Origin: Camelus ferus
Lineage: Eukaryota
Assembly (NCBI RefSeq): GCF_009834535.1
Contig: NC_045697.1
Location: 39,930,001-39,994,000, forward strand
Length of the DNA stretch: 64,000 nt
Reading direction: 5' to 3'
Shown here: positions 12,391-22,830 of the stretch, in pieces
How the letters are laid out: each line of letters starts with the position of its first letter
Position numbering within the stretch: the first letter of the stretch is position 1
Translations under genes and position numbers: made by a program
The notes under the pieces: model-generated
What the model was told of the DNA's origin: nothing
Database searches by the model: none
The model's input: the letters and a program-made list of their open reading frames with translations, nothing else

Positions 12391-13356
12391 CTGTTGAAAA
12401 AAGGAGGGATCAGACTCATTTCCGGTTAAAAAAAAAAGTAACTAAAACCCAAAAGATTAAGCATCATACGAGAGTTACATGAGAGCACTGTGGGAAATAA
12501 AAGCTCTATACAAAGAGAAGGGGTCCTACATTTATTATTTCTAATAGTGAACGAAAAGTTAACACATCAAACTTGAAAAAACTCACTGGCATTCCCTTAA
12601 GAACTAGGCACTTAATACGTGTCTGTAGAATGAATGGATGGACAAATTAACTGGTTCAAGGGTAACACTAACATTTAAGTATAGGGTTGCTTTATTTATT
12701 TGAGCATTTTTCTGAAAATAAATCTCTTTTCAAAAGATGATTCTAGATGAAAACAATTCTAGATCTCTCCTGCCAACTAAGAATAGTATAATCCAAACAT
12801 GCTTTTAAAGCAAATAACACAAATTATTTTAGATATTTAGTTTTTAAATAAACATTTCAACCACACAGACTTCAAGTCTACTTGTTACAGTTATGGAGGG
12901 AATCCATCCCATTGGGATGTATCATATGGCCAGCGCAAAGAGAGGGAAAAACATTCAGGAGCTGACTCATAACTGCGCTAAGCAAGAAGTGGAACAAAGA
13001 ATGTTCCAGTCTGCAGTGTGGGCCACTGAAACCTGTAAAGATTGCTTGGTTGCTTTTATAATATTTTTCATGTGTAGAACTACATTACAAATGAATAACT
13101 GCTAAAAGGATTAGCTCCTATATTTCTAATTTAGTAAGTATCTAAAGGTATTTTCTAAAACTGCAATTAGCTTTTGCTATATAGGATCTTAACATCTTCA
13201 TGGTTTATATTTGGTTAACTTCTCTTCAGAGATCTGTGTACTGAATGGATATGTTGAGATATCAATACACATACTGCTTTCCACAATAATCAGTACGTGC
13301 ACCTTGTGGTAACATTGCTCTGGGATTTAAAAAAATACCAAGACGTTGTGGATTAC

Positions 13357-13451
13357 CTGGGTAAGCACTGCAGTGTGCTCATAACCGCAGCTGATATAAG
13401 TCACACCAAGACTCTTCAGTGCTCCCACTGAACGAGGCCTGTAGCTTTGTG
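13357..13451 (-). CDS. HERC6: HERC6 coding exon 5 ([32 protein letters not shown])
   Basis: CAG acceptor, GTAATC donor, 95 nt, phase 1 to 0. Confidence 0.95.
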
Positions 13452-13609
13452 CTGTTGAAAGAAAGCAAAATCTCTAGCATGTAAGAAACAGACTCAAATT
13501 TCGTGGTTTTCTATCTTTTAAGATATTTATCATCCTATAATTCATTAACATAAGTTAAAAAGTGAACAATCAGAAGTATTATAAAACAGAGGGAAAGCCC
13601 TGCTTTTGG

Positions 13610-13716
13610 AAAAGAAAAGAAAAGAAAAGAAAAGAAAAGAAAAGAAAAGAAAAGAAAAGAAAAGAAAAGCAAAGCAAAGCAAAGCAAAGCAAAGCAAAGC
13701 AAAGCAAAGCAAAGCA
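13610..13716. repeat. Compound microsatellite (AAAAG)12(CAAAG)9
   Basis: Direct reading. Confidence 0.95.
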
Positions 13717-13916
13717 GTCCTTCAGCATTTATTTCTGAAAGCTGTTTAACCTTCTGAAATGACTAAGGCTATTGGCCTAGAAAGCTAAGCTTTAAGACCT
13801 TCCTTCCCAATCATATTTCCATCATGTTGTATTCATTTCTATCACATAATAAATGTTCTGCAAATATGCAAAAATAATGGAAAAATTAAGAGGACTTATT
13901 TACATTGATAATGTTA

Positions 13917-14095
13917 TATATACACTTTTTTTTAGATTTTTAAATTGAGTAATAGTTATTTTACAATATTGTGTCAAATTCTAGTGTAGAGCACAATTTT
14001 TCTGGCATACATGAACATATATATATTCACTGTCACATTTTTTTTTCTCTATGAGCTACCACAAGATCTTGTATATTTTCCCCTGTGCTATACAG
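13917..14095 (-). mobile_element. L1 3'-end stub
   Basis: TSD TACATTGATAATGTTA at 13901-13916 and 14096-14111; matches L1 3'UTR. Confidence 0.85.
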
Positions 14096-14426
14096 TACAT
14101 TGATAATGTTAAATGCAATGAGATGTAAGAGTTCAGCCTGGTACTGGCACATAGCAGGCACTAAATACATGTGAGCCAAATGTGAAGAAATTAACAGAGG
14201 CATTCATGGGGAAGACTTCACGGGGAGTTTTGTTGAAAGGTTGCCAGAGAAACTGGTTGTTTCCCCTCCTGCTAGCAGTCTTCTAAAATAGTGGTTCCCC
14301 AACTTGGCTGTACATTGGAATCCCCTGTGGGGCCCTTAGTGGTGACTGATGCCTGCATCCCCAGACATTCTGATTTAATTGGTCTGGGGTCCAACCTGGG
14401 CATTGGGATTTTTAAACATTCTTAAA

Positions 14427-14922
14427 GTAGACAGAATAATGGCGTTCCAAAGATGCCCATGTTCTTTTCCCAGAGCCCGTGAACATGTTAGGTTATGTGG
14501 CAAAGGGGCGATAAGGAAGCAGATAGAATTAAGGTTGCTAATCAGTTGACTTCAGCCTGGATTATCCAGGTGGGCCCAAGGTAGTCACAAGGGTCCTTTA
14601 ACTGAGGAAAAGGGAGGCAGAAGAGTCAACGTCAGAGTAATGTGACTTGAAGAAGACTTAACCAGCCACTGCTCGCTTTAGAGAAGAAAGGGAGCTATGA
14701 GTCAAGAATGAGGGTGCTTCTAGAAGCTGGCAAAGGCAAGAAAATAGTCCATCCCCCTCCAGCCTCCAGAAAGGAATGCAGCCCTGCAGACACTTTGATC
14801 TTTAACCCAGTGAGACCTACATTAGACTTTTCACCATCAGAACTAGGAGATAATAAATTTACGTTGTTTTAAACCACTAAGTTTGTGGTCATTTGCTACA
14901 GCAGGAATCAAAGTTGATATAG
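14427..14922 (+). mobile_element. MaLR LTR (MLT1-like) inserted into a MER5A-like DNA element (~14288-14968)
   Basis: Typical MLT1 segments (GGATTATCCAGGTGGGCCC, TTTAAACCACTAAGTTTGTGG); MER5-like halves on both sides. Confidence 0.7.
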
Positions 14923-15055
14923 CTCCCAAGGTGATTCTAATGTGTCACAAAGTTTGAGAACCACTGTTTAAACCTTTGAGAGTACCCTTTGCTGAGCTGG
15001 TCTTCCAACTAGAAAGAAAGCATGACTGACTACAAATTCAAGACTATCTCGTTAC

Positions 15056-15283
15056 CTGGGACTTTACTCCTGCGGAGGGCGAGCTGCCCTGCACTGTTGC
15101 TTCCCCAGCCAAATGAAGTCCCAGAGAGAGACAGGGCAAAGCTGTGGGCCCCTCCTGCAGCCACCTGCGCCAGCGGGATCCCCTCCAGGGACCTCACCCT
15201 CTGCGGGCTGGCTTGGGAGGGGAACTCCGATCCCAGGCCCAGCTGCCCATCGATGTTCTTTCCCCATGAAAACACCTGACCAT
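15056..15283 (-). CDS. HERC6: HERC6 coding exon 4 ([18 protein letters not shown]...[30 protein letters not shown])
   Basis: TAG acceptor, GTAACG donor, 228 nt, RCC1 repeats, matches ORF 15030..15323. Confidence 0.95.
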
Positions 15284-16320
15284 CTACAAAAAATAAGGAA
15301 GACAAATTCAGAATAGCAAACACACTGGAATGCCAAATTCAAGGAGAAACTACCACCCTAATTCTAAAAGTCTTTAAAGAATAAAACAGTGATAAAGGAA
15401 GTTAAAATATTCTCACTAAAGGCAAGAGGATGGTCAAGGTTACCTTTAAAAGTCCCTTCTTCTCCACCCTTCTTCTCCCTCTCAGCTAAGGGTCACCATG
15501 ACCTTTCAGCTGCTCAGGCCAAAAATCTTGGAGCCAGCGTTGACTCTTCTCTTTCTTTTACACCCTTCAACCCAGCAAATACTAGAGCCTCTCTCTTCAA
15601 AATCTATCTGGGATCCAACCACTTCTCACCTCCCTACTGTTCCCACCTTAGTTCCCTGGTTGCCATCACTTCTCTCCTGGAAAATTTTAACAGCACCTCA
15701 CTGGGCTCCCAGATTCCATCTTTGCTCCCAGCAAAGCTCTTTCTTCTCCAAAGAGCAGCCAGAGTGCTCTTTGAAAAATATAAGTCAGATGGAACCCTTA
15801 GGAGCTTGCATTCCCAATAAAAGGCCTCTTCTCACAACAGGTCAGAAGCCTCACGTCACCAGTATCCCCACAACCACTCCTCAGACCTTATCTCCCCTGG
15901 CTCCTTCTCCAGGTCCCTCTGCTGCTCCTGAGCATCCCACTGGGCATGGCCGTGCATCTGGATCATTCTTCGCTGGACCACGGGCTCAGCATCATGTCTC
16001 TCTCTCTCTCTCCTTTCTTTTCGGTCTCTATTCACATCGCCTCTTTGTTCCTCACTTCTCTCCATGCCCTTACCTGTTATTCCTCACAGATACTCGGCTG
16101 TGTGTTTAAGGCACACTTCCCCTACATCCCCCCAGAATATAAGCTCCATGAAAGTAGGGTCCTGGGTTTATTCACTGCTATCTCCTCTTTGCTGGAAACA
16201 TTGTAAGCATTCAATAAATACTCTGGGGAGGGAAAAAACCAACAATACTTTACGTTGAATTTGACCAGAGATGGATAATTTACATGAGGTCAAAAATCAG
16301 GCTCATCTAATGATTAATTA

Positions 16321-16453
16321 TTTTTTTTAAGGGGGAGAAAGTAATCAGGTTTATTTATTTATTTATTTTTTAATGGCAGTCCTGGGGATTGAACCCAGGA
16401 CCTCATGCATGCTAGGCATGCACTCTACCACTAAGCTATACCCTCCTTCCCCC
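16321..16453 (-). mobile_element. tRNA-derived SINE
   Basis: A/B boxes; TSD TCTAATG(A/C)TTAATTA at 16306-16320 and 16454-16468. Confidence 0.88.
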
Positions 16454-16643
16454 TCTAATGCTTAATTATTTACCCAGAGAAATGCCAGCACATCTCAGAC
16501 TTTTATGTTATTATACCTAAGTTTTCTTTTTAACTCTAAATGCATCAAAATGAACCCCAAAGCATTAAAAATCAACATGTACCATTAGTACTCAAAAAAT
16601 CACTTCCTAATGACACTTAGGAGATCCAAGAAGCCATTTTTAC

Positions 16644-16720
16644 CTTCTGATAATGCCAGGGAGTGGTAGTGTCCACAGGAAACTTGTATAATTTTTATAC
16701 CAGTCAGAGTTTTTATCTTC
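16644..16720 (-). CDS. HERC6: HERC6 coding exon 3 ([25 protein letters not shown])
   Basis: TAG acceptor, GTAAAA donor, 77 nt, phase 2 to 1, VSCGxxHSLAL motif; too short for the ORF track. Confidence 0.95.
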
Positions 16721-17499
16721 CTATAATAAAAATGATACAAACTCTATTAATCCTTCTTTACAGTTGGTCACCAATATGTCAAAACTATCCCACGTGTATA
16801 GGGGAAATTTTTTATTTTCTTGTATTTCTACAATACAATTATTCCAAAGCCCTCAAACTGTTTTTAACATGACATCAACATGTACAAAGGTACAGGGCAG
16901 AACCCAAAGCAATATATAATGCAAAAGTGATTTTTATTAGACTTGTAATGCATTCTATAATGTACTAACTTTTATCCTATCCTTATCAGCCTAAAAAAAG
17001 AGAAATTTCTTCATACACATACAGCACAGGGCTTTAGAATTTATAGAGCACTGTCACCTGCATCACCTAACCTGAGCCCTGTGAGATAAAGAAACCATTA
17101 AAGAAACCATTAGGTTGATTCCTATTAAATTGCCATATTTGTGCATCAAAAACATAACTATCAGCAATTTCATATGGTTGAACCTAGGAGAACTCAAAGG
17201 GGTCAATTGGTATCAGGCTGTAGAACTAGACTTAAATCTTAGTCTTTTCATCCCAAGTTCAGTGCTCTTTCCTCCAAGCCACAGTGATCTCTTATACAAT
17301 TTAATGGCAAGAGAAAGTAACGAGAGATAACTTCCTACTATTAAAAAAACATGCTTTTGAAAATTCCCAATGTACATAATCCATGAACACACAATTCAGA
17401 CTGCCTGTTATATAATTTGGCCTAAGAAGCTGTGTGTGAGGATATGATTTTCCCCCGGATTTTACTAAGTAAAGTATTAGGATCCAGCAGCTTATGACA

Positions 17500-18220
17500 A
17501 GGCAAAAGGTTATGTTGGGAGGAAAACCTTTCCTCTTCCAACTTGTGCCCAATGACTGGGGACCTGCAAATTAACTGACAATAGACTAACAGGAAAAAAG
17601 ACAAAAGTTTATTTATACGTACGGATGGGCACTCCAAGGAATGGAAAATTTGTGCCATAGCCTGAGTAAAGGTTTATATATATCAACTGAGGAAAAGGAG
17701 TGGGGATTTAGGGTTTCAATGGAAGCGTATGGAAGGCTCTATTGGCGTTTTTTTTTTTTTTTTAACTTTTTTTATTGAGTTATAGTCATTTTACAATGTT
17801 GTATCAAATTCCAGTGTAGCCTACAATTTTTCAGTTATACATGAACATACACATATTCATTGTCACATTTTTTTTCGCTGTGAGCTACCACAAGAACTTG
17901 TATATATTTCCCTGTGCTATACAGTATTATCTTGTTTATTTGTTCTGCATATGCCTGTCAGTATCTACAAATTTTAAACTCCCAGTCTGTCCCTTCCCAC
18001 CTCTATTGGGCTTTTTTGATGCTGATTGGGCAGCCTGTCTTCACAACAGCTGAATTCAGAGGAAACTCCCTCCAAAGAGGATTAACAGCAGATGTATTTT
18101 CAGGAGACTCTGTTTTGGTCAGATAAGAGGTCTCGGTGCATCTTCTGAAACTCAAATATTTTCACTTTAAAATAATCTTTACACCACCAAGTGGGCCCAC
18201 GGTTATTTCCAGTACATAAG
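17500..18220 (-). mobile_element. ERV1-class LTR interrupted by an L1 stub
   Basis: Reverse complement resembles the LTR at 19735-20302. Confidence 0.55.
17748..18000 (-). mobile_element. L1 3'-end stub nested in an LTR
   Basis: Poly-T then reverse complement of L1 3'UTR; flanking CTCTATTGG repeat at 17737 and 18001. Confidence 0.85.
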
Positions 18221-18447
18221 AGTAAGATCAAAGGGTCACAAGTTCTCACTTCAACCTGTCCTTCTCCTTCACAGGACTCCAATTAACTAATAATTAGTGT
18301 TACATGTTTTTTCCAGCCTCCTTCTCTCACTACACTGTAACCCTTGAGGTTAGGGACTGTGTCTGTCATAGTCATTTTTGTCCCCTGGCATCTTGTATGG
18401 TGCCTGGCACAGAAACTCAAAAACACTAAATGAATTAAGATACTTAC

Positions 18448-18607
18448 TTAGGGATGAAATTTATTTCCTTAAATTCTCCAGTTCCCAGCTGTCCATCAGA
18501 ACCAGCTCCCCATGCGAAGACCCTTCCTTTACGACAGACAGCCAGGGAGTGCTCCTTTCCACAGCTCACAAGAGCAACATGAAGAGTTTCCAACGCTGGA
18601 ATTGGTT
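18448..18607 (-). CDS. HERC6: HERC6 coding exon 2 ([54 protein letters not shown])
   Basis: Pyrimidine tract + AAG acceptor, GTAAGT donor, 160 nt, in frame with exon 1, RCC1 repeat. Confidence 0.95.
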
Positions 18608-18728
18608 CTTTAGGAAAGAAAACAAAATAACCGCCCCCCCGCAAGATTGTTAATTTAATACCAAGTTCAAGAAAGTACTTTTCTTCAAAGAGAAGGGTCA
18701 CTGGGATTTCTCATCCCTTGCAATGACT

Positions 18729-19068
18729 TTTTTAAAAAAAATTATTGAAGTATAGTTGATCTACAATGTTAGTTTCAGGTGTACAGTAAAGCGATTCAGT
18801 TATATATATATACACATTTTTTTTCTTTTCAGATTCTTTTCCATTATCTGTTAGTTATTACAAGAAACTGAATACAGTTCCCTGTGCTATACAGTAGGTT
18901 CTTGTTTACCTACTTTATACATAGTAATGTGTGTCTGTCAGTCCCCAGCCCCTAATTTATCCCTCCCCGACCTTTCCCCTTTGGTGACCACAGTTTGTTT
19001 CCTATGTCCATGAGTCTGTTTTTGGTTTGTAAATAGAAATTGTGTCTTTTTTTTTTTTTTTAAGATTC
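18729..19068 (-). mobile_element. L1 3'-end stub (older subfamily)
   Basis: L1 3'UTR-like sequence; CAATGACT flanks at 18721 and 19069. Confidence 0.8.
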
Positions 19069-19734
19069 CAATGACTCTTAAATCAAGGCCTAAAGTTTAC
19101 CCCAAAGGTGTGAAAGAAATAGGCTCAGTGTGTGACACTGTCTTTATGAAAACAAAGCTGCTATTCAAAAGGGTGGGCACGTGTAGGAGGGGAACCTGCA
19201 AGGCCTTGATACTTGGCCTAACATTTCTCTATGACAGTGGAGGCAAAATGCAGGCAGATAAAGGGAGCCAGGGAGAAGATGGGATCACCTCTCCTCCACT
19301 CCTCTCAACTCCCAGCCCTGACCAGTGAGAACAGTGAATCCTTTGCTCAGGAAGAAACAGGCAGGGAGCCTGCCTGTGTGTGAGAGGCAAATGCCAGACC
19401 CTCTTACAATGAAGAGTGCAGTAATACGCCTGAGGATGGGTCAAGTATGTCCACAAATTAAAACCTGATCACATTTTCCTACAAGACAATATAAACTGTT
19501 CTCCCAACGTGTTTGTCTCTGAATTATTAGAGGTTTGGAGTTAAGTGCATCATTACCAGTAAAGTTTTTGTTAGTACTTAAGTTTCTTTTTATTTTTTAA
19601 TCTTGCGATCTTATCCTTTTCAATGATTTACTCCTCAAACTATGTAACAAGAAAAAAATTCCCAAAGATTCATACACTCATGGAGGTAGAAACTGGTACC
19701 TTCTTCCTGGAGAACAATTTGGCATTAAGAACCA

Positions 19735-20302
19735 TGTTGTCCGTCATTTCCACCTGAGGAAGAGAAGGATATGCCACCCCACACATGCCACTTTGGCATA
19801 AGGATTATTTTGAACTGAAGGCAACTGAGAATCAACAGATGCAGGAAGAGTTCTCTGCCTTCCTCTTGCCAATTTAAAAGCATAGATTTGTGAAGGTGGC
19901 ATAAATTCCACTTGTAAAGACCTTCCCCCTTCCATACCAGGAAGAGAAGAGTGACTCTTATCACCATTATCACCAGAGATGTCACTGAGATGAGTCTGCA
20001 TAAACAGCTCTTAGCAAAATAACCCCTTATCGTCCATTAGTTTCCCCCGTTTATTTCAAAGCCACTTCCCCACAATTGATCATCCCTCAAAATCCAAATC
20101 CCCTGTTTTTTGTTAAAATAGCAGATAAGCTCCTAAGTCTAACCACTTCTTGAGTTTCACTTCTTTTCTGTGAATTCCTGTGCACATAAAATATTAATAA
20201 AATTGTAAGTTTTTTTCTTGTTAATCTGTCTTTGTCAGTTTAGTTCACAGGCCCTCATGACAAGAACTAAGAGGGTAGAGGAAAAGTTTTTCCTCCCAGA
20301 CA
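19735..20302 (+). mobile_element. ERV1-class LTR (MER34-like)
   Basis: Shares ATATGCCACCCC...TTTGGCATAAGGATTATTT start with the reverse complement of 58570-59075; AATAAA near 3' end. Confidence 0.65.
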
Positions 20303-20727
20303 CAACTCTTGGAATTTATTCTAAATAAGTAATCAGAAATTTGGTCAAATATTTACTTACAATATGTCAATCATAGTATTATTTATAAAAGCCCCTAATG
20401 AGAAAAAAACTTAATTCCACAAAAGGAAAATTAAATTGTATTCTCAGAGCCTAGAACATTACACAATTTAAAATTTATTTTCAAAAAATATATAATAAAG
20501 GGGCAATATATTCATGATACTATGTTTGGTGAAAACTCAGTTTACAGAGTTGTGTAAATTCTGCATATACAAACTGTATAATGACATGATTTTATCAAGG
20601 TTAACTATATAATAGAAAAAAGGCAAAAAAGAAATGCATCAAAATATTAGTTGTCTTTCGGTGTTAGAATAATAGGCGATTTCTTTCCCTGTGTTTCTAC
20701 AATAATCAATAATAGGAAAAATGTTAA

Positions 20728-20732
<5 letters not shown>

Positions 20733-20789
<57 letters not shown>

Positions 20790-20794
20790 TTTTT
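20733..20794. repeat. (TA)n followed by poly-T
   Basis: Direct reading. Confidence 0.95.
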
Positions 20795-20957
20795 AACTTT
20801 AAGGAAAAAGACGCCCAAGGGTATTTCTGAGGGAGTTACAGGTGACCAAACCACAAACCACGTTTGGAAGGTCACCCTGTTCCAGATAGATTCTTATAGT
20901 TAAGGACTGGTCACGAAAGGCACCTCTGTACAGAGGTACGCGGTCCAGTTTAGTTCG

Positions 20958-21032
20958 GCTTTCAGTTTCCTTCTAAAGATAAAACTCCTGGAAACCGAAA
21001 CAAACCCGAGGCGCGTCCAGGAAACGAAACCG
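20958..21032. promoter_or_regulatory. Cluster of three ISRE/IRF elements in HERC6 intron 1
   Basis: GGAAACTGAAAGC (minus, 20958-20970), GAAACCGAAAC (plus, 20991-21001), GAAACGAAACCG (plus, 21021-21032). Confidence 0.75.
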
Positions 21033-21155
21033 ACAGGACTGCCCGCAGGCGGCGGTGAGCCCCGTTCTGCCGTCTGCGGCTGTCCCGCGGACCCACGGCT
21101 CCCAGCACCGCCACCTGCCCGGCCCCGTGCCTCTCACCTGCGTCCCGGCGCTCAC

Positions 21156-21345
21156 CTGGCTGCTTCCCGCGCGGCGCGCCCCTGCGGCCCAGCTGGCCCC
21201 GGCTGTTGTCCCCGCACGACTGGACAGAGCCGTCGCTCAGCAGCAGCAGCGAGTGATGCTCCCCGCTGGCCGCCTGCAGCAGCGCGTTGGCCCCCGGGCC
21301 CGCTTGTTCCCGGCGCAGCCGCCCGGCGCCCCAGCAGAAGTACAT
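21156..21345 (-). CDS. HERC6: HERC6 coding exon 1 (MYFCWGAG...[32 protein letters not shown]...), start of RCC1-like domain
   Basis: ATG at 21345-21343; N-terminus MYFCWGA and RCC1 repeat recognisable as HERC6; GTGAG donor at 21155; 190 nt, phase 1. Confidence 0.95.
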
Positions 21346-21779
21346 CCCGCTCTCGTGCCCGGACGCCTGCTGAGGTCTGTCGGCTCTGCCTTCTGGGCTC
21401 CGAAAGTCTAGTGACTCCCAAAGTCTAGTGCGCTGACGTCCAGAAGAGTCAGGGTGAGCAGCGCCCTCTTCAGCCTCAGTTATAGGTCCAACTCGCTCCC
21501 TCCCACCGCCTCCGCGCACAGCACTGCCCTGGCACCCGTCATCCTGACGCCTCCGCGCGAATGGAGTTTGGGAATCAAATAGGAGACGCCAAGTGCTAAG
21601 GTGCAGAGGGACCCCGGGAGGAAGAGCGCCTGGATTTATGTCCTAGCTAAGTCGCTTAAAAGCTGTGTGACTCTGGGCCAGTTACTTAACGATGCCACCA
21701 CGTCTATAAAATGTAGACAGTAATACAGCAAATCTAATATGTTAGGATAATTTAATAGATAATAATATTGTGTTAGAAT

Positions 21780-22830
21780 AATGCCTAGAGTACTTAACGA
21801 AAGTACCTGTGTGCCAACCCGCTTACAGACTGTTTTTGGCGCTGGAAGTGCAAAATCCTCATGGTGCTTGCATTCTCCTATTTATAAACAGATAAATACG
21901 TATTTGGTATAATGTCAAGTGGCAACGTGAAGAAAAACAAAACAGTAAAGAAAGAGAGGGCGGGGCAGAAGGAACTAGGATTTTTTGATAGAATATCAGG
22001 GAAGTGACATTTGAGCAGAGGCAAGGGGACCTGGAAAATGAGGAAATGAGGTAGTGAGTCATGTTCATATCTAACGGTGGAGGGTGACGTGGAGCGTGAC
22101 GTGGAGCACGACGTGGAGCACTTGGAGCCTTTTGAATTGTGAGAAGTGATATGATCTGACTTTCATTTTAAAAGAGTCATTTTGGCTGCCATAGAAAATA
22201 ATAGAACAAAAACGGAAGCAGAAAAGGCAGGGGAGGCTGCTGTCAGAGTCCAGGTCAGAAGGATGACACTGGGACTAAGGTGATATCCTGGAGGGGAGGA
22301 AAGAAAAAACGGTCACATTCAAGATGTTTCAGAAGTCAGAATCCACAGATTTGCTGATGGAGTGGAAGTAGGAGGAAGGTAGGAAGGGGATTAGGGTCAC
22401 TACAAGGTTGGCCTGAACAACTGGGGTGAATGGTGGTACCCTTTCCTGAGGTGCAAACTCTGAGGGAGGCACCAATTTGGGGCTGATGGGTCAGGAGTCC
22501 AGTCTGGTAATAACTGCGATGCTTGTTATACAAGGAGGCAATAAGATCAATCATTCTGGAGTTGTGGAGAGAAATTGGGGTGGTCATAAAACTGGGAGTC
22601 ATCAGTGTAGAGATGATACTTAAAGCCAGAAGACTAAGTGAGATCACCCAGGGATAAGTGTGTTAAGCATGTAACAGAGCACCGATCCTAGGAGGAAAAC
22701 CAGGAAGGGTGGTGTGCACAAATAAGTGAATAAGGGAATGATTAACTCTGTCAATTGCTTGTCAAGCAAGGTTGAGTGTTGATCTTTAGGTTTGGCAAAA
22801 TGGCAGTCATCGGTGACTGTGACAGTGTTA
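21780..22830. mobile_element. L2 relic upstream of the HERC6 promoter
   Basis: Decayed L2-type text (GAAGTGACATTTGAGCAGAG, GTGATATGATCTGACTT, GGGAGTCATCAG). Confidence 0.6.
22084..22119. repeat. 12-bp tandem repeat x3 (GTGACGTGGAGC x2, ACGACGTGGAGC)
   Basis: Direct reading. Confidence 0.9.

Larger units (their letters stand above)
20935..21560. promoter_or_regulatory. CpG island / HERC6 promoter and exon 1
   Basis: Abrupt GC- and CpG-rich segment over the first exon; CRE-like TGACGTC at 21434-21440; TATA-like TATAAC on minus strand near 21479-21484. Confidence 0.85.

Noticed and set aside
15389..16258. 143-aa and 203-aa plus-strand ORFs
   Set aside because: Lie in a decayed L2-like pyrimidine-rich intron segment; no domain or splice logic
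2350..21345. HERC5 or a HERC5/HERC6 chimera
   Set aside because: All 11 exons read as HERC6-like from my recall of the family; the C-terminal exons are outside the window, so a later switch cannot be tested here
20962..21519. 185-aa ORF as an N-terminally extended HERC6
   Set aside because: Starts at GTG upstream of the likely transcription start and reads through the exon 1 donor; a product of CpG-island composition
22084..22128. CRISPR-like or other prokaryotic repeat system
   Set aside because: No spacers and the context is plainly mammalian; no prokaryotic or viral coding genes seen in the window
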